Shown: piece after piece, positions 48,917 through 59,300 of the stretch | Layout of the letters: each line of letters opens with the position of its first letter | Position numbering within the stretch: the first letter of the stretch is position 1 | Origin: Bacteroidales bacterium | GTDB lineage: Bacteria; Bacteroidota; Bacteroidia; Bacteroidales; 4484-276 | Direction: 5' to 3' | Assembly: GCA_035647615.1 (NCBI GenBank) | Contig: DASRND010000003.1 | Coordinates: forward strand, 3,135-67,134 | Length of the DNA stretch: 64,000 nt | Notes under the pieces: generated by a model | Databases searched by the model: none | Seen by the model: the letters and a program-made list of their open reading frames with translations, nothing else | Told to the model about the DNA's origin: nothing | Position numbers and translations under genes: made by a program

Positions 48917-49564
48917 CTATTTGTTGGCTTTAGACTTTTTGTTTCGTTTCAGTTCAAAATACTTTAAACCTTCGGGGGTAGCGATGCCACGAACAAAATT
49001 TTCGATCATGACTTCGTAAATGGTTTCAAAAGAAAATTGGTCGGAGGGGAAAATCTCTTCGTTGTGGATGTCGATAAGACGGCTCATGTAGAGGCGCGAA
49101 ACCAGCTCAATGCTCAGATCGTCGCGATACATTTCCTGACTGATGCCTTTTTGCAGGTTGATTTGGATTTTTGTAAAAATAAAATCGCTGCGATTTTGAA
49201 AGTGGGCCTGATAAATTTTTGGATAACGTTCTTTGAGCATCACGCTAATGGTGGGCGTTACGTCGTAATATCGGCTTGCTATCTCACGGCTCACGATCAT
49301 CAAGATGTCGATAGCATTCATCCCTTCAAAATCGAATTCGTCAAAGATTTCCATGAAGCTGCTTCGCTCAAAAGTAAGAATCTTAGTTACCAGGTCGCGC
49401 TCGTTCTTTACGTATTTACCAAGCAGTTCAGGCGTAATATTAAGCCGTTTGCAAATGCTCTCGATGTTGAGATTTGCAATCCCTTCCTGCATAGCCAATA
49501 CACGTAAATTGGAAAGAATACTCTTGAATTGTGAATCCATCAACTTTTGGTTTGTTTGAATCAT
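48917..49564 (-). CDS. TetR/AcrR family transcriptional regulator
   Basis: 215 aa. N-terminal HTH region (ILSNLRVLAMQEGIANLNIESICKRLNITPELLGKYV) and an all-helical C-terminal domain. Confidence 0.65.
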   Translation of the reverse strand: MIQTNQKLMDSQFKSILSNLRVLAMQEGIANLNIESICKRLNITPELLGKYVKNERDLVTKILTFERSSFMEIFDEFDFEGMNAIDILMIVSREIASRYYDVTPTISVMLKERYPKIYQAHFQNRSDFIFTKIQINLQKGISQEMYRDDLSIELVSRLYMSRLIDIHNEEIFPSDQFSFETIYEVMIENFVRGIATPEGLKYFELKRNKKSKANK

Positions 49565-49739
49565 TACTTCAATAGAACGACAAAATTAGTATAATTATCA
49601 AAATGACAATCTGTTATAAAACAAAGCTTTAGAGCAATTTAGGGATATGATTTACAGGTAGTTTGTTCATCACCACAAAATTGATTGAAATCTAAAATAA
49701 GTACAAAACACAAAATTTAAATCGAAAAACCGATCCTTA

Positions 49740-51302
49740 TTATTCCACCACCATTTTGCGCACCCTGTTGATGTTGTCGCCGGTAAGCGAGAAATAATAA
49801 ACGCCGGGCGCCAGGTTGTATTTGCGAGCGTCAAAATGTTCGAGATACATACCGCTGCTGAGCTTTTCATGATCGATCAGACAAGCAATCTGTCGGCCGA
49901 AAATGTCGATAACTTTAAGCGTAACCGTTGCCGGACTTCGGAGTTTAAACGAAAAATGTGTGGTGGCGCTGAACGGGTTGGGATAATTCTGGTTGAGTGC
50001 AAAGGGAATTGCGGATTCGATGTGATTACTGATGCCTGTTGAGATGGTGTCGATGATGGCCGTCCACACACTTAGCTGGCCATTGTGCAGGCGCGTCCAG
50101 ATGGGTCGAATCACATTGTTGACAGCTGAGATATTGTTGTAATCGCCAAAGAAAATACTCGACACGGGAACAAAAGGCTCCTCGCTGATTTTGTAATTAC
50201 TGATGGTTTCGCCGCCATCGGTGGAAGTGGCCATGTAAACGTCAGTATTGCTGTCGGTATAGTTGCGGCGATCGTAAAACACAAAATGCAGATGGCCGGT
50301 AAACTGATCCAAAGTCATCCAGGTAAAAAATTGATGCCTCCCGGGCGGGTCATCGTTTACACGGATGCGTTCCGTCCAGGTGTCACCGCCGTCGGTTGAT
50401 TTAACGAGCCAAACATCGGTGTCGTCAGTGCCGTTGCGTTGATCGGACCAGTTGATGTAAATAGTTCCATGATTTGGGCCGCCACTTCTGTCGCACACTG
50501 TTATTGGGAAACCGTTGCACCGGGAAATACCGGGGATTTCAAAATCCCATCCACCGGGAAGATCGCTCACAAATATGTCGTTTTCGAGCCAGGTTTCTCC
50601 CTGGTCAAGCGACCGGTCAAAAACCAACCCCAGCGGCCCTGCCCAACAAACGTAGATTTCGCCATTAGGACCTACCGAGGGCACAGCGCCTTCTACGGTT
50701 TCGTCGCTATCGATACAGTTGCCATCGACTTCGTTTATCCGCAAAGCCTCCGACCAGCTTTCGCCGCTGTCGGTAGATTTCGAAAACATAATATTGCTTC
50801 GGTGCTGTAAATTGCTGTCGCCATAAACATCAAACTGCGTCCAGGTTGCGTAAAGATTGCCATTGTTTCTATCCACGTCTACCCATGGCTTATCCTGATC
50901 TTTCCCATTCAATCCCATATAAGAACCCTGGCTCCAGGTGACCCCGCCATCCGTCGATTTCTGACATACGATACGGTCGAGCCAATTCCCATTAGATGGG
51001 TTGGAAAGATGAAAATAATAATAATGCCCATGCTCATCTACAATTACCATCGGGTCACCGGCCACGCCATACGCTGACGAATATAGTTTCTTCACGTTCC
51101 AACTGTAGCCACCATCATTTGAGTAAAACAAGTTGTTAATATTAGAACCGGCAATAATGCGATTGGTATTGTTGGGATCGATGTAAATAGTTGGCTCCTC
51201 CGGATAGCTCGAATTGCTAATCATCACGTTGGTGTGCTGTGCGGCGAGCTGCTGCAAACCAAACATGGCAAAGAAAAGAATCGCCATTTTCAGTGTCTTC
51301 AT
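49740..51302 (-). CDS. BNR/Asp-box beta-propeller (sialidase-superfamily-like) protein with T9SS type-A CTD
   Basis: 520 aa. Signal peptide. Six canonical S-x-D-x-G-x-[TS]-W boxes (YSNDGGYSW, KSTDGGVTW, KSTDSGESW, RSLDQGETW, KSTDGGDTW, TSTDGGETI). CTD: LNQNYPNPFS...VIDIFGRQI...GVYYFSL. Confidence 0.8.
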   Translation of the reverse strand: MKTLKMAILFFAMFGLQQLAAQHTNVMISNSSYPEEPTIYIDPNNTNRIIAGSNINNLFYSNDGGYSWNVKKLYSSAYGVAGDPMVIVDEHGHYYYFHLSNPSNGNWLDRIVCQKSTDGGVTWSQGSYMGLNGKDQDKPWVDVDRNNGNLYATWTQFDVYGDSNLQHRSNIMFSKSTDSGESWSEALRINEVDGNCIDSDETVEGAVPSVGPNGEIYVCWAGPLGLVFDRSLDQGETWLENDIFVSDLPGGWDFEIPGISRCNGFPITVCDRSGGPNHGTIYINWSDQRNGTDDTDVWLVKSTDGGDTWTERIRVNDDPPGRHQFFTWMTLDQFTGHLHFVFYDRRNYTDSNTDVYMATSTDGGETISNYKISEEPFVPVSSIFFGDYNNISAVNNVIRPIWTRLHNGQLSVWTAIIDTISTGISNHIESAIPFALNQNYPNPFSATTHFSFKLRSPATVTLKVIDIFGRQIACLIDHEKLSSGMYLEHFDARKYNLAPGVYYFSLTGDNINRVRKMVVE

Positions 51303-51444
51303 TTCCTGTCATTTTATAAATTATAAAAACAAAAATAGGCATTTTTCGGCGAGGAATGTCTGCTGTAGCCTATGCAGTAAATGAATTTGTGTAGTTTAGC
51401 CACCAAAATTTATTACAAAAAAATAAATGTGTAAAATATAGCAG

Positions 51445-52863
51445 ATGAAAAAAGTTGCCCTTCACTGGCAGATTCTCATTGCACTGATACTTGCTGTTAT
51501 TTATGGTTTATTGTTCCCGACGCACTATGTGTTGGATGAACAGGTGGTAGATAAACTTGAAAAAAAGATGGCGCCTTCCGAGGTGGTTGCTACCTTGCGG
51601 GAAGCACAAAGCGACAGTAGTTACACGTATGGCGAATTAGTTGAGGTTGCCCGGGAGCAGCTCACCCCGGCAGCTTACGAAAAGTATTATCCGTTGCTGG
51701 TTCGTTTTTCATATACCAATCCGGCCATCAAAGCTGTGAGCTGGATGGGCGATCTCTTTCTGCGCGCATTGCGCATGATCATCATTCCGCTTATTCTCAG
51801 TTCGCTTATCTCGGGCGTAACAAACATCGGCAGTGGCAGCAATCTGGGCAGGCTTAGCCTGAAGACGATGGGATATTATGTAATCACAAGCCTGCTGGCA
51901 ATCCTTACCGGATTACTTCTTGTAAATCTTATTCAGCCTGGCGTAGGAACTGAAATCACATTGACACAGGAAGTTGGAGACCTTGTAGGGAAACAAAAGA
52001 GCTTCCTCGATATTATCATCGAAATTGTCCCCGACAACATTTTCAGAGCTTTGGCTGATGCTGATATGCTGGCCATCATCTTTTTTGCCATCCTTTTTGG
52101 CTTCTTCGTCATGAAAGTAGACGAAAAGCCCCGCCAGATGCTGATTGGTTTTTTCAATGCCATCTTTGAAGTAATGATGAAAATTGTAATGTTTGTCATT
52201 CTTTTTACCCCGCTGGGTATTTTCGGAATCGTGGCCAAAGTGGTCGCTGACCAAAACGATCTTTTAGGCCTTATCTCAAGCATGAGCCTTTACATGGTAA
52301 CGGTAGTGGCAGGATTGCTTATTCATGCTTTGATTACCCTGCCGCTCCTGCTGCGTTTTGTCGGGCGGGTGCGACCATTTGCACATTTGCGCAACATGAC
52401 CACACCACTTCTCACCGCTTTTTCTACCTCTTCGTCGGGAGCAACCCTTCCGCTCACCATGTCGGCTGTAGAAAAAAAATCGGGCGTCTCCAACAAGATC
52501 AGCAGTTTCACTTTACCGCTTGGAGCTACCATCAACATGGATGGAACCGCACTTTACGAATGCGTTGCAGCCATGTTTATCGCCCAGGCTTACGGCATTG
52601 AATTATCTCTGTTCAACCAACTTATTATTGTGGCCACAGCGCTGCTTGCGTCCATTGGCGCTGCCGCTATCCCAATGGCGGGTCTTGTAATGATTACAGT
52701 GATACTTACCGCGGTGCAGTTGCCGCTCGAAGGCGTTGGCCTTATTCTGGCTGTCGATCGGATTCTGGATATGTTCAGAACAACTGTAAATGTGTGGAGC
52801 GACAGCTGTGGCGCTGTCATCATTGCACGCTCGGAGCAAGAGCAGTTGGCGGTGGATTTGTAA
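51445..52863 (+). CDS. dicarboxylate/amino acid:cation symporter (DAACS family)
   Basis: 472 aa. Polytopic, with conserved SSSGATLP and NMDGTALYE motifs. Confidence 0.85.
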   Translation: MKKVALHWQILIALILAVIYGLLFPTHYVLDEQVVDKLEKKMAPSEVVATLREAQSDSSYTYGELVEVAREQLTPAAYEKYYPLLVRFSYTNPAIKAVSWMGDLFLRALRMIIIPLILSSLISGVTNIGSGSNLGRLSLKTMGYYVITSLLAILTGLLLVNLIQPGVGTEITLTQEVGDLVGKQKSFLDIIIEIVPDNIFRALADADMLAIIFFAILFGFFVMKVDEKPRQMLIGFFNAIFEVMMKIVMFVILFTPLGIFGIVAKVVADQNDLLGLISSMSLYMVTVVAGLLIHALITLPLLLRFVGRVRPFAHLRNMTTPLLTAFSTSSSGATLPLTMSAVEKKSGVSNKISSFTLPLGATINMDGTALYECVAAMFIAQAYGIELSLFNQLIIVATALLASIGAAAIPMAGLVMITVILTAVQLPLEGVGLILAVDRILDMFRTTVNVWSDSCGAVIIARSEQEQLAVDL

Positions 52864-53322
52864 AAATTTCGATCTTACATAAATCAATTATACTATCACG
52901 AGCCAAGCAATTATGAATTTGGGTTTCGTGCATTCCTTTGTTTCTAATTTATTTTAATTATAAAATACAACAAGAAAAAGAAAACGTCGACTGATGGCAC
53001 ATTAATTGACACGCCCAAAGAACTAATTTAAAACCGTTTTTTAACAGCTTTCTCTATTTGTAAGTGTTTTAAATAATAATTTTATATTATTGAATATCAA
53101 AGATATAAATTTATCTTTTCAATAGTATCCATATAAACTGCGCCTCTCCTTTTGGATGATGTTAATATTCCATTAATTTAGCTGCCCAAAATATTTTAAC
53201 TAAGTTACCACTTTTTATTAACACTTGCTTAACCTCTAAAACCAAATTTATTTTTTAACATTCAGGATTTGTCAAAATTAACCCGGCAGTAATGGGGATT
53301 CTGTCGTTTGCAGAGTTTGACA

Positions 53323-56300
53323 ATGACTAAAAAAGGGGAAATCATGAATTTATTTTACAACTGGATTACCAGGGGGGTGATTTATGCCTTGGCGCTAGTA
53401 ATATGCACTTCAACCACACTCAACGCACAAAATTATTCTCAGCCATCTGGTGAACTAACTCAAGAAGAGCCTGGGGTTACTATTAACAGAATCAGAATTC
53501 TTGATTCTTTACTGCAAAATTACAATACCAAAGCCCCGTTTGTTTATCCTCCGGGATGGGACGTGCCGGTAAACACCGGAAATATTACCGGTGTGTACGT
53601 GGCACGTGAGGCCAAACCCAGCATCAACGGGATTCCGCTGAAGCAAAACGATGCTATAGGCGGCTTTTTCATCAATGACCAGGGCGAGTACCAGTGTGCC
53701 GGAGCCATTTATTGGCCTGACACTTCCGGGATAGTTTTTTCAATATTTGGCGACGATCCGCAAACACCTGTCAAAGAAGGTTTCGCATGGGGTGAAACCA
53801 TTCACTACAAGTTGTTTTCCTATGATCTTATGGCTGAATTCGATGTGGACGAAATTCAACTTAGTCCCGATTATTTGATGATTAATAAATGGTATCCACT
53901 TAGCCTGATCGGAATCGTAAAGATGAATTGTTATGAGGACATAATCGTTCGCGCCACAGCTGACAAGGAGTTTTTTTGCAATCAGGGTACAGCATTGCTG
54001 GATGCTGAAATCATCACCGGATTCGGGAACATCACTTATAGCTGGACCTCTGACCCTCCCGGTTTTTCCTCCTCACTAAAGAGTCCATCAGCAAACGTTA
54101 CCGAAAATACTGTTTTTAAGGTTCGGGCTTCTATGGGCAATGCTACCGCAAGCAGTATTATCCCCATCTGCATAAACCATTCATCCATGGTAGATGCCGG
54201 GATGGATATAGAGGTATGCGGTATCGATAGAATTTTGCTCGCACCATTAGCTCAGAATGTTTCCGAAGTTCAATGGGCAACATCCGGTGATGGCACTTTT
54301 GAAAATAGTAACGCAGCCAATACTTTTTATTTTTTTGGTGGAGGTGATCTGAATAATAGTGGAGTAACTCTCAATATCTCCGGCCTGCCATTGGCGCCTT
54401 GCACTGCTGTTGCTACAGATCAGATGGAGATAACACTTTTCCCGTCTCCTCAGGTTACAATCCCTCAAGGACTTTTCACCTGCCAGGAAATCCCTGTTGA
54501 TATTGAAGCAACAGCGACTAATGTTTCGGGACTTTTGTGGCAAACGGATGGTAACGGAACTTTTAGCAATCCTACCTCACTTGTTACAACCTACACTAAT
54601 GGCACATACGGAAATATGCATTCCTCTGTCCGGCTTACGCTTACCGGTTACGGACAGTCGCCTTGTGATGCTACTTTTGTTGACGAAACTTACCTCCAGA
54701 TTAATAAACCTGCAGTATGCTTTGCTGGAGTCGGTGCAACCATTTGTGCCAACGAAACCTACACCACCTGTGCTACCGCTTCTTATCAAAATACCGTAAA
54801 GTGGTCTACCAGCGGTGACGGCACCTTTTCTGACGACACCCAATTAATTACCACCTATACCCCCGGACCTAATGACAAAATCACAGGCAAACCACGTCTA
54901 ACCTTGTGCGTTACCTCTATTGCTCCGTGCACAGGATCCAAATACTCGAGGATGGATCTTTGGATTAAACCCGAACCGACAGTAAATGCTATCGATGATT
55001 TTGCCATCATCAACACTGATATAATTCCGCTTAATGCCACTGCTTCTTCCTATTCATCTTTACAATGGTCAACTTCAGGCGATGGAACTTTTGCCGAGGC
55101 TCAGCAAGCTGCTACAAATTATTATCCGGGACCGGATGATATCGAGATTGGTACCGTCATTCTCGGTTTACAGGCCAACCCGCTGGCACCCTGCGCCACA
55201 CCAGCACAAGATGAACTAATGGTTAGTCTTGTAGAAGGTGCTAAAGCCAATGCAGGCCCGGATTTAACGATCTGTGGTGCCACCACGGTAACTTTACAAG
55301 GCAGTGCCTCCAATTACGTTTCAGTGCTTTGGTCTACCTCGGGCGATGGCACCTTTTCCAACGCCAATCAACTGACAACGCAATACACCCCCGGAACTGA
55401 CGACGAAGCGTCCGGTGAGGTAGTACTAACACTCACACCCTTTGGTGAGCCACCTTTTGTAAACGGAAATCCTGATCACAAGACCGTGACTATCCTCCAA
55501 CCTGCAGTTGTGAATAAGATTATTGCGCTGACGGCAGTTTGTCAAACACAAGCAATAAATCTCTCGGCTACAGCCTCACATTATGCTTCTCTGATGTGGA
55601 CATCCTCCGGCAACGGGGCCTTTAACAACACTTCAATAATAAACCCGCAATATACTCCAGGAACGGTGGACATAGCCAATGGCAGCGTGGTGATTACCGT
55701 TACGGCAGCTTCGGTTGCGCCTTGTTCGGGCAATGCCACGAAGAGTAAAACGATACAGATAAAACATGCGCCTGTGGCAAATGCAGGAAACGACGTCACC
55801 GTTTGCCAGGGAACGCAAGTTCCGGTTAACGGAACTGCCCAGCACAATGGTAGTATCCTTTGGACGACAACAGGAGACGGCGTTTTTGCAAACCCGCAAC
55901 AATTAGCAACCAGCTATATTCCCGGAAACGGCGATGTGCAGTCAGGAACCGTAACGTTTACACTAACAGCAGCAGCCATACAACCATGTACAGTTTCTGC
56001 AGCAGATCAGCTTGTGGCTAAAATATTCAAAAATCCGGTTTGCAATGCAGGTATCGATATTGTTTCCTGCGAAAGAGAGCCCATTGCGATAAGCGGCACC
56101 GCAACCAACTATAATTCTTTGGTTTGGGAAACCACCGGTAGCGGCACTTTTGCAAACAAATATGCAAAGAACACAACTTATCATCCCTCCGATCAAGATG
56201 TAACAAATGGCGGCGTCACACTTACACTAAAAGCGCTGCCCATGACGCCTTGCCAGATAACCGCTGAGGATAGCAAGCTGATCACTTTATCGGTTTCGCC

Positions 56301-59300
56301 AATCGTTGTTGCTGGCAACAATATCATCGTTTGCGAACAACAAAGTGTGCAGCTTAACGGAACAGCTACCAACGCCCAATCCGTTATTTGGAGTTCGGAT
56401 GGAAATGGCGTTTTCGCTAATGCATCATCCTTATCAACCACCTATACACCCGGTAACCTTGACATTACGAATGGCAAGGCGGTGCTTCACTTAACTGCAA
56501 TTTCCGGAAATGCTTGCAACAATGTAACCGGTTCCCTCACTGTTTCCATTATTAAAAATCCTGTGGTGAATGCCGGCAACGACGGACAAGTGGCTCTCGG
56601 CAGCAGCTTTAAAACCAATGAAGCATCAGCAATACATACCAACAGCACGCTGTGGACAACACCTAATGGCGATGGTATCATTCAAAATGCAAATGCTATT
56701 AAGGCAACATACGTTCCGGTGGAAGCTGACTATTATGCCGGTGTTGTTACCCTTATTCTTACAGCAGCACCTATCAATCCCTGTATTACATCTGTTTCTG
56801 ATGAAATAAATCTCATCGTTACTTCCGGATGTGAAGACGCCACAGCTGTTGCCGGAGCAGATATGGAAATCTGCTACTATCCAAATACACCCATAACTCT
56901 GGCGGCAGCGACAGCACAAAATCACGCATCGCTGCTTTGGACTACGCAAGGTGACGGCACTTTTAGCAATGCCACTCAGCTGCATCCAAACTATACACCC
57001 GGAAATGGAGATGCCCAAAATGGCTTTGTAATTTTAAATCTTTTGGCCAGGGGCACAGGCGTTTGCAATGATGCCACAGATCAAATAAAAATCGTCCTTA
57101 TCCAACCTGCTACGGTGGATGCAGGAATTGACGCTACAATTTGTGTCAATCAATCATTTAATACAAACGGAGCGGCCTCCAATACCGAAGCCCTTCAATG
57201 GACAACCTCCGGAGATGGCAGCTTTGCCATTCCCAATCAATTAAAAACAACATATTTACCGGGCACAGCCGATAGAGTTGCCGGTCAGGTTCAATTATGC
57301 CTCAGTGCCGAAGGCCTTCAGAGCTGCCCCGCCGTTTCTGATTGCATGACCCTACACTTTCAACCATTGCCAACGATTTTTGCGGGATCGGATTTAACAC
57401 TCATCGTCGGTGATCTTTATAATACAAATGTGGCTCAGGCCTATAATTTTTCATCATTATTATGGAGTACTTCCGGCGACGGCACCTTTACGAATCCTTT
57501 GAAATTGTCGACCATCTACACGCCCGGACAAATGGATTGTCAAAACATGGTTGTAACGCTTACGCTGACGGCCTACTCAAAAAGCCCTTGCATGGGTAGT
57601 ATTCAGGATGATTTGGTGATCACTTTCGTGAATGGATGCGAAGACGCCACGGTTGATGTTGGTCCCGACAGAACAGTATGCGAATCGGCCAATGTTGACT
57701 TGGGAGGAGTTGTGCAAAACCAGACTTCAGTGCTCTGGAATACCAATGGCGATGGAACCTTCGATGCTTCCGCAAATATTGATGCTACTTATTTCCCCGG
57801 CACAGCCGACCTCGCTAATGGCAATGTTCAGCTTTGTCTTACAGCTTTTGCTAATGGCGAATGCAACGACGCCACCGACTACTTAAACATCACCTTTGGG
57901 AAGGCTCCGATTGCAAATGCCGGTCCTGATATTTCGACATGTAAAACCAATGCTTTCGTAAAGCTAAATGGTCAGGCACAAAACAACGAGTCGTTTCAGT
58001 GGATAACGCTGGGAACGGGCTATTTTGTTCCGCCGACAAGTAGCACCCCCAAATACTTCTTTAGTGGCCTGGACAAAGAAGTGGGCGAAGTACAGTTGAT
58101 CTTTGCAGTCACTAATGCTGCATGCGGTACCGCCGCTGACACAATGACCATAACCCTCCTCAACCCACCGCTCGTTTCCGCCGGCGCCGATGCTACCATT
58201 TGCGCAAGCCAGCCCTTTACAAATAATGATGCTACCGCAACGGATTTTTCGGCACTGCTCTGGAGTACCAATGGCGATGGTACTTTTGATGATGCCTCGA
58301 TGCTTCATGCTACCTACACTGCAGGTACTATCGACGCGGCTGCCGGCACAGTAACACTAACGCTGGCGGCTGACGGCCAGTCAGATTGCCAGCAGGCACA
58401 AAGCAGCCACACGCTTACGCTGATTCCTTCGGCTTACGCCAATGCAGGCGAAGATCGCACCATCTGCGAAACGGGAACTGTGAGCCTTACAGGCCAGGCT
58501 GCCAATTATGAAAGCTTATTGTGGGAAACCACCGGCGACGGCACCTTTGCTAACGCTGCTGCTTTGAACACTATCTATTTCCCGGGAGCCGGTGATCTTA
58601 CTCTCAGGTACTTGGAAATTAGCCTCACGGCTTACGCTGCAGGCAATTGCGGAGACGATTTCAGCGAATTACAAATTAACATCTTACCTGCGCCCTTCAC
58701 CAATGCCGGCAACAACCAGCAAATTTGTGCAGGTGAGCAGGTGCAATTATCGGCCACAGCCGCCAATTACGACGGTTTGTTATGGAGCACCAATGGCGAC
58801 GGGATTTTCAGCAATCCGTCGGCGCTTAGCGCAATGTACACACCCGGCGCTACCGACTTATCCTCCGGAGGCGTCACTTTGTGCCTCACTGCTGTGGGTA
58901 CCGAACCCTGCGGCGAAGTGATGGATTGTTTAGAAATCGACATCATAGCGCTCCCCACAGTAAATGCCGGAGCCGATGCCACGCTTTGCCAAAACAAAAC
59001 ATTGCTGCTCACGGGCAACGCTGCAAATTATAGCTCACTACAGTGGACAACAGCAGGCGATGGTACATTTACCAATACATCCGGAGCCAACGCTCAATAT
59101 TATCCGGGAAATGGGGATATTTCAGCCGGAAATGTGGTGATATGCCTGAATGCTCAGGGACTGTCAGGGTGTGGAATTGCTAACGATTGTATGGTGCTCA
59201 CCCTGCAAAAGAACCCGGTGGTTTTTGCCGGCAACGATGCCACCATCGATCAGGGCAGCAGCTTTCAAACCCTTCAGGCTAATGCCCAGAACTACTCCTG

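Noticed and set aside
53041-53048. A single TTAACAGC copy upstream of the giant ORF is identical to the phased boxes at 46986-47013, hinting that the same regulator controls the giant gene.
   Set aside because: One 8-mer match is expected by chance about twice in 128 kb of two-strand sequence. It is not part of a phased array and lies ~280 nt from the start codon.
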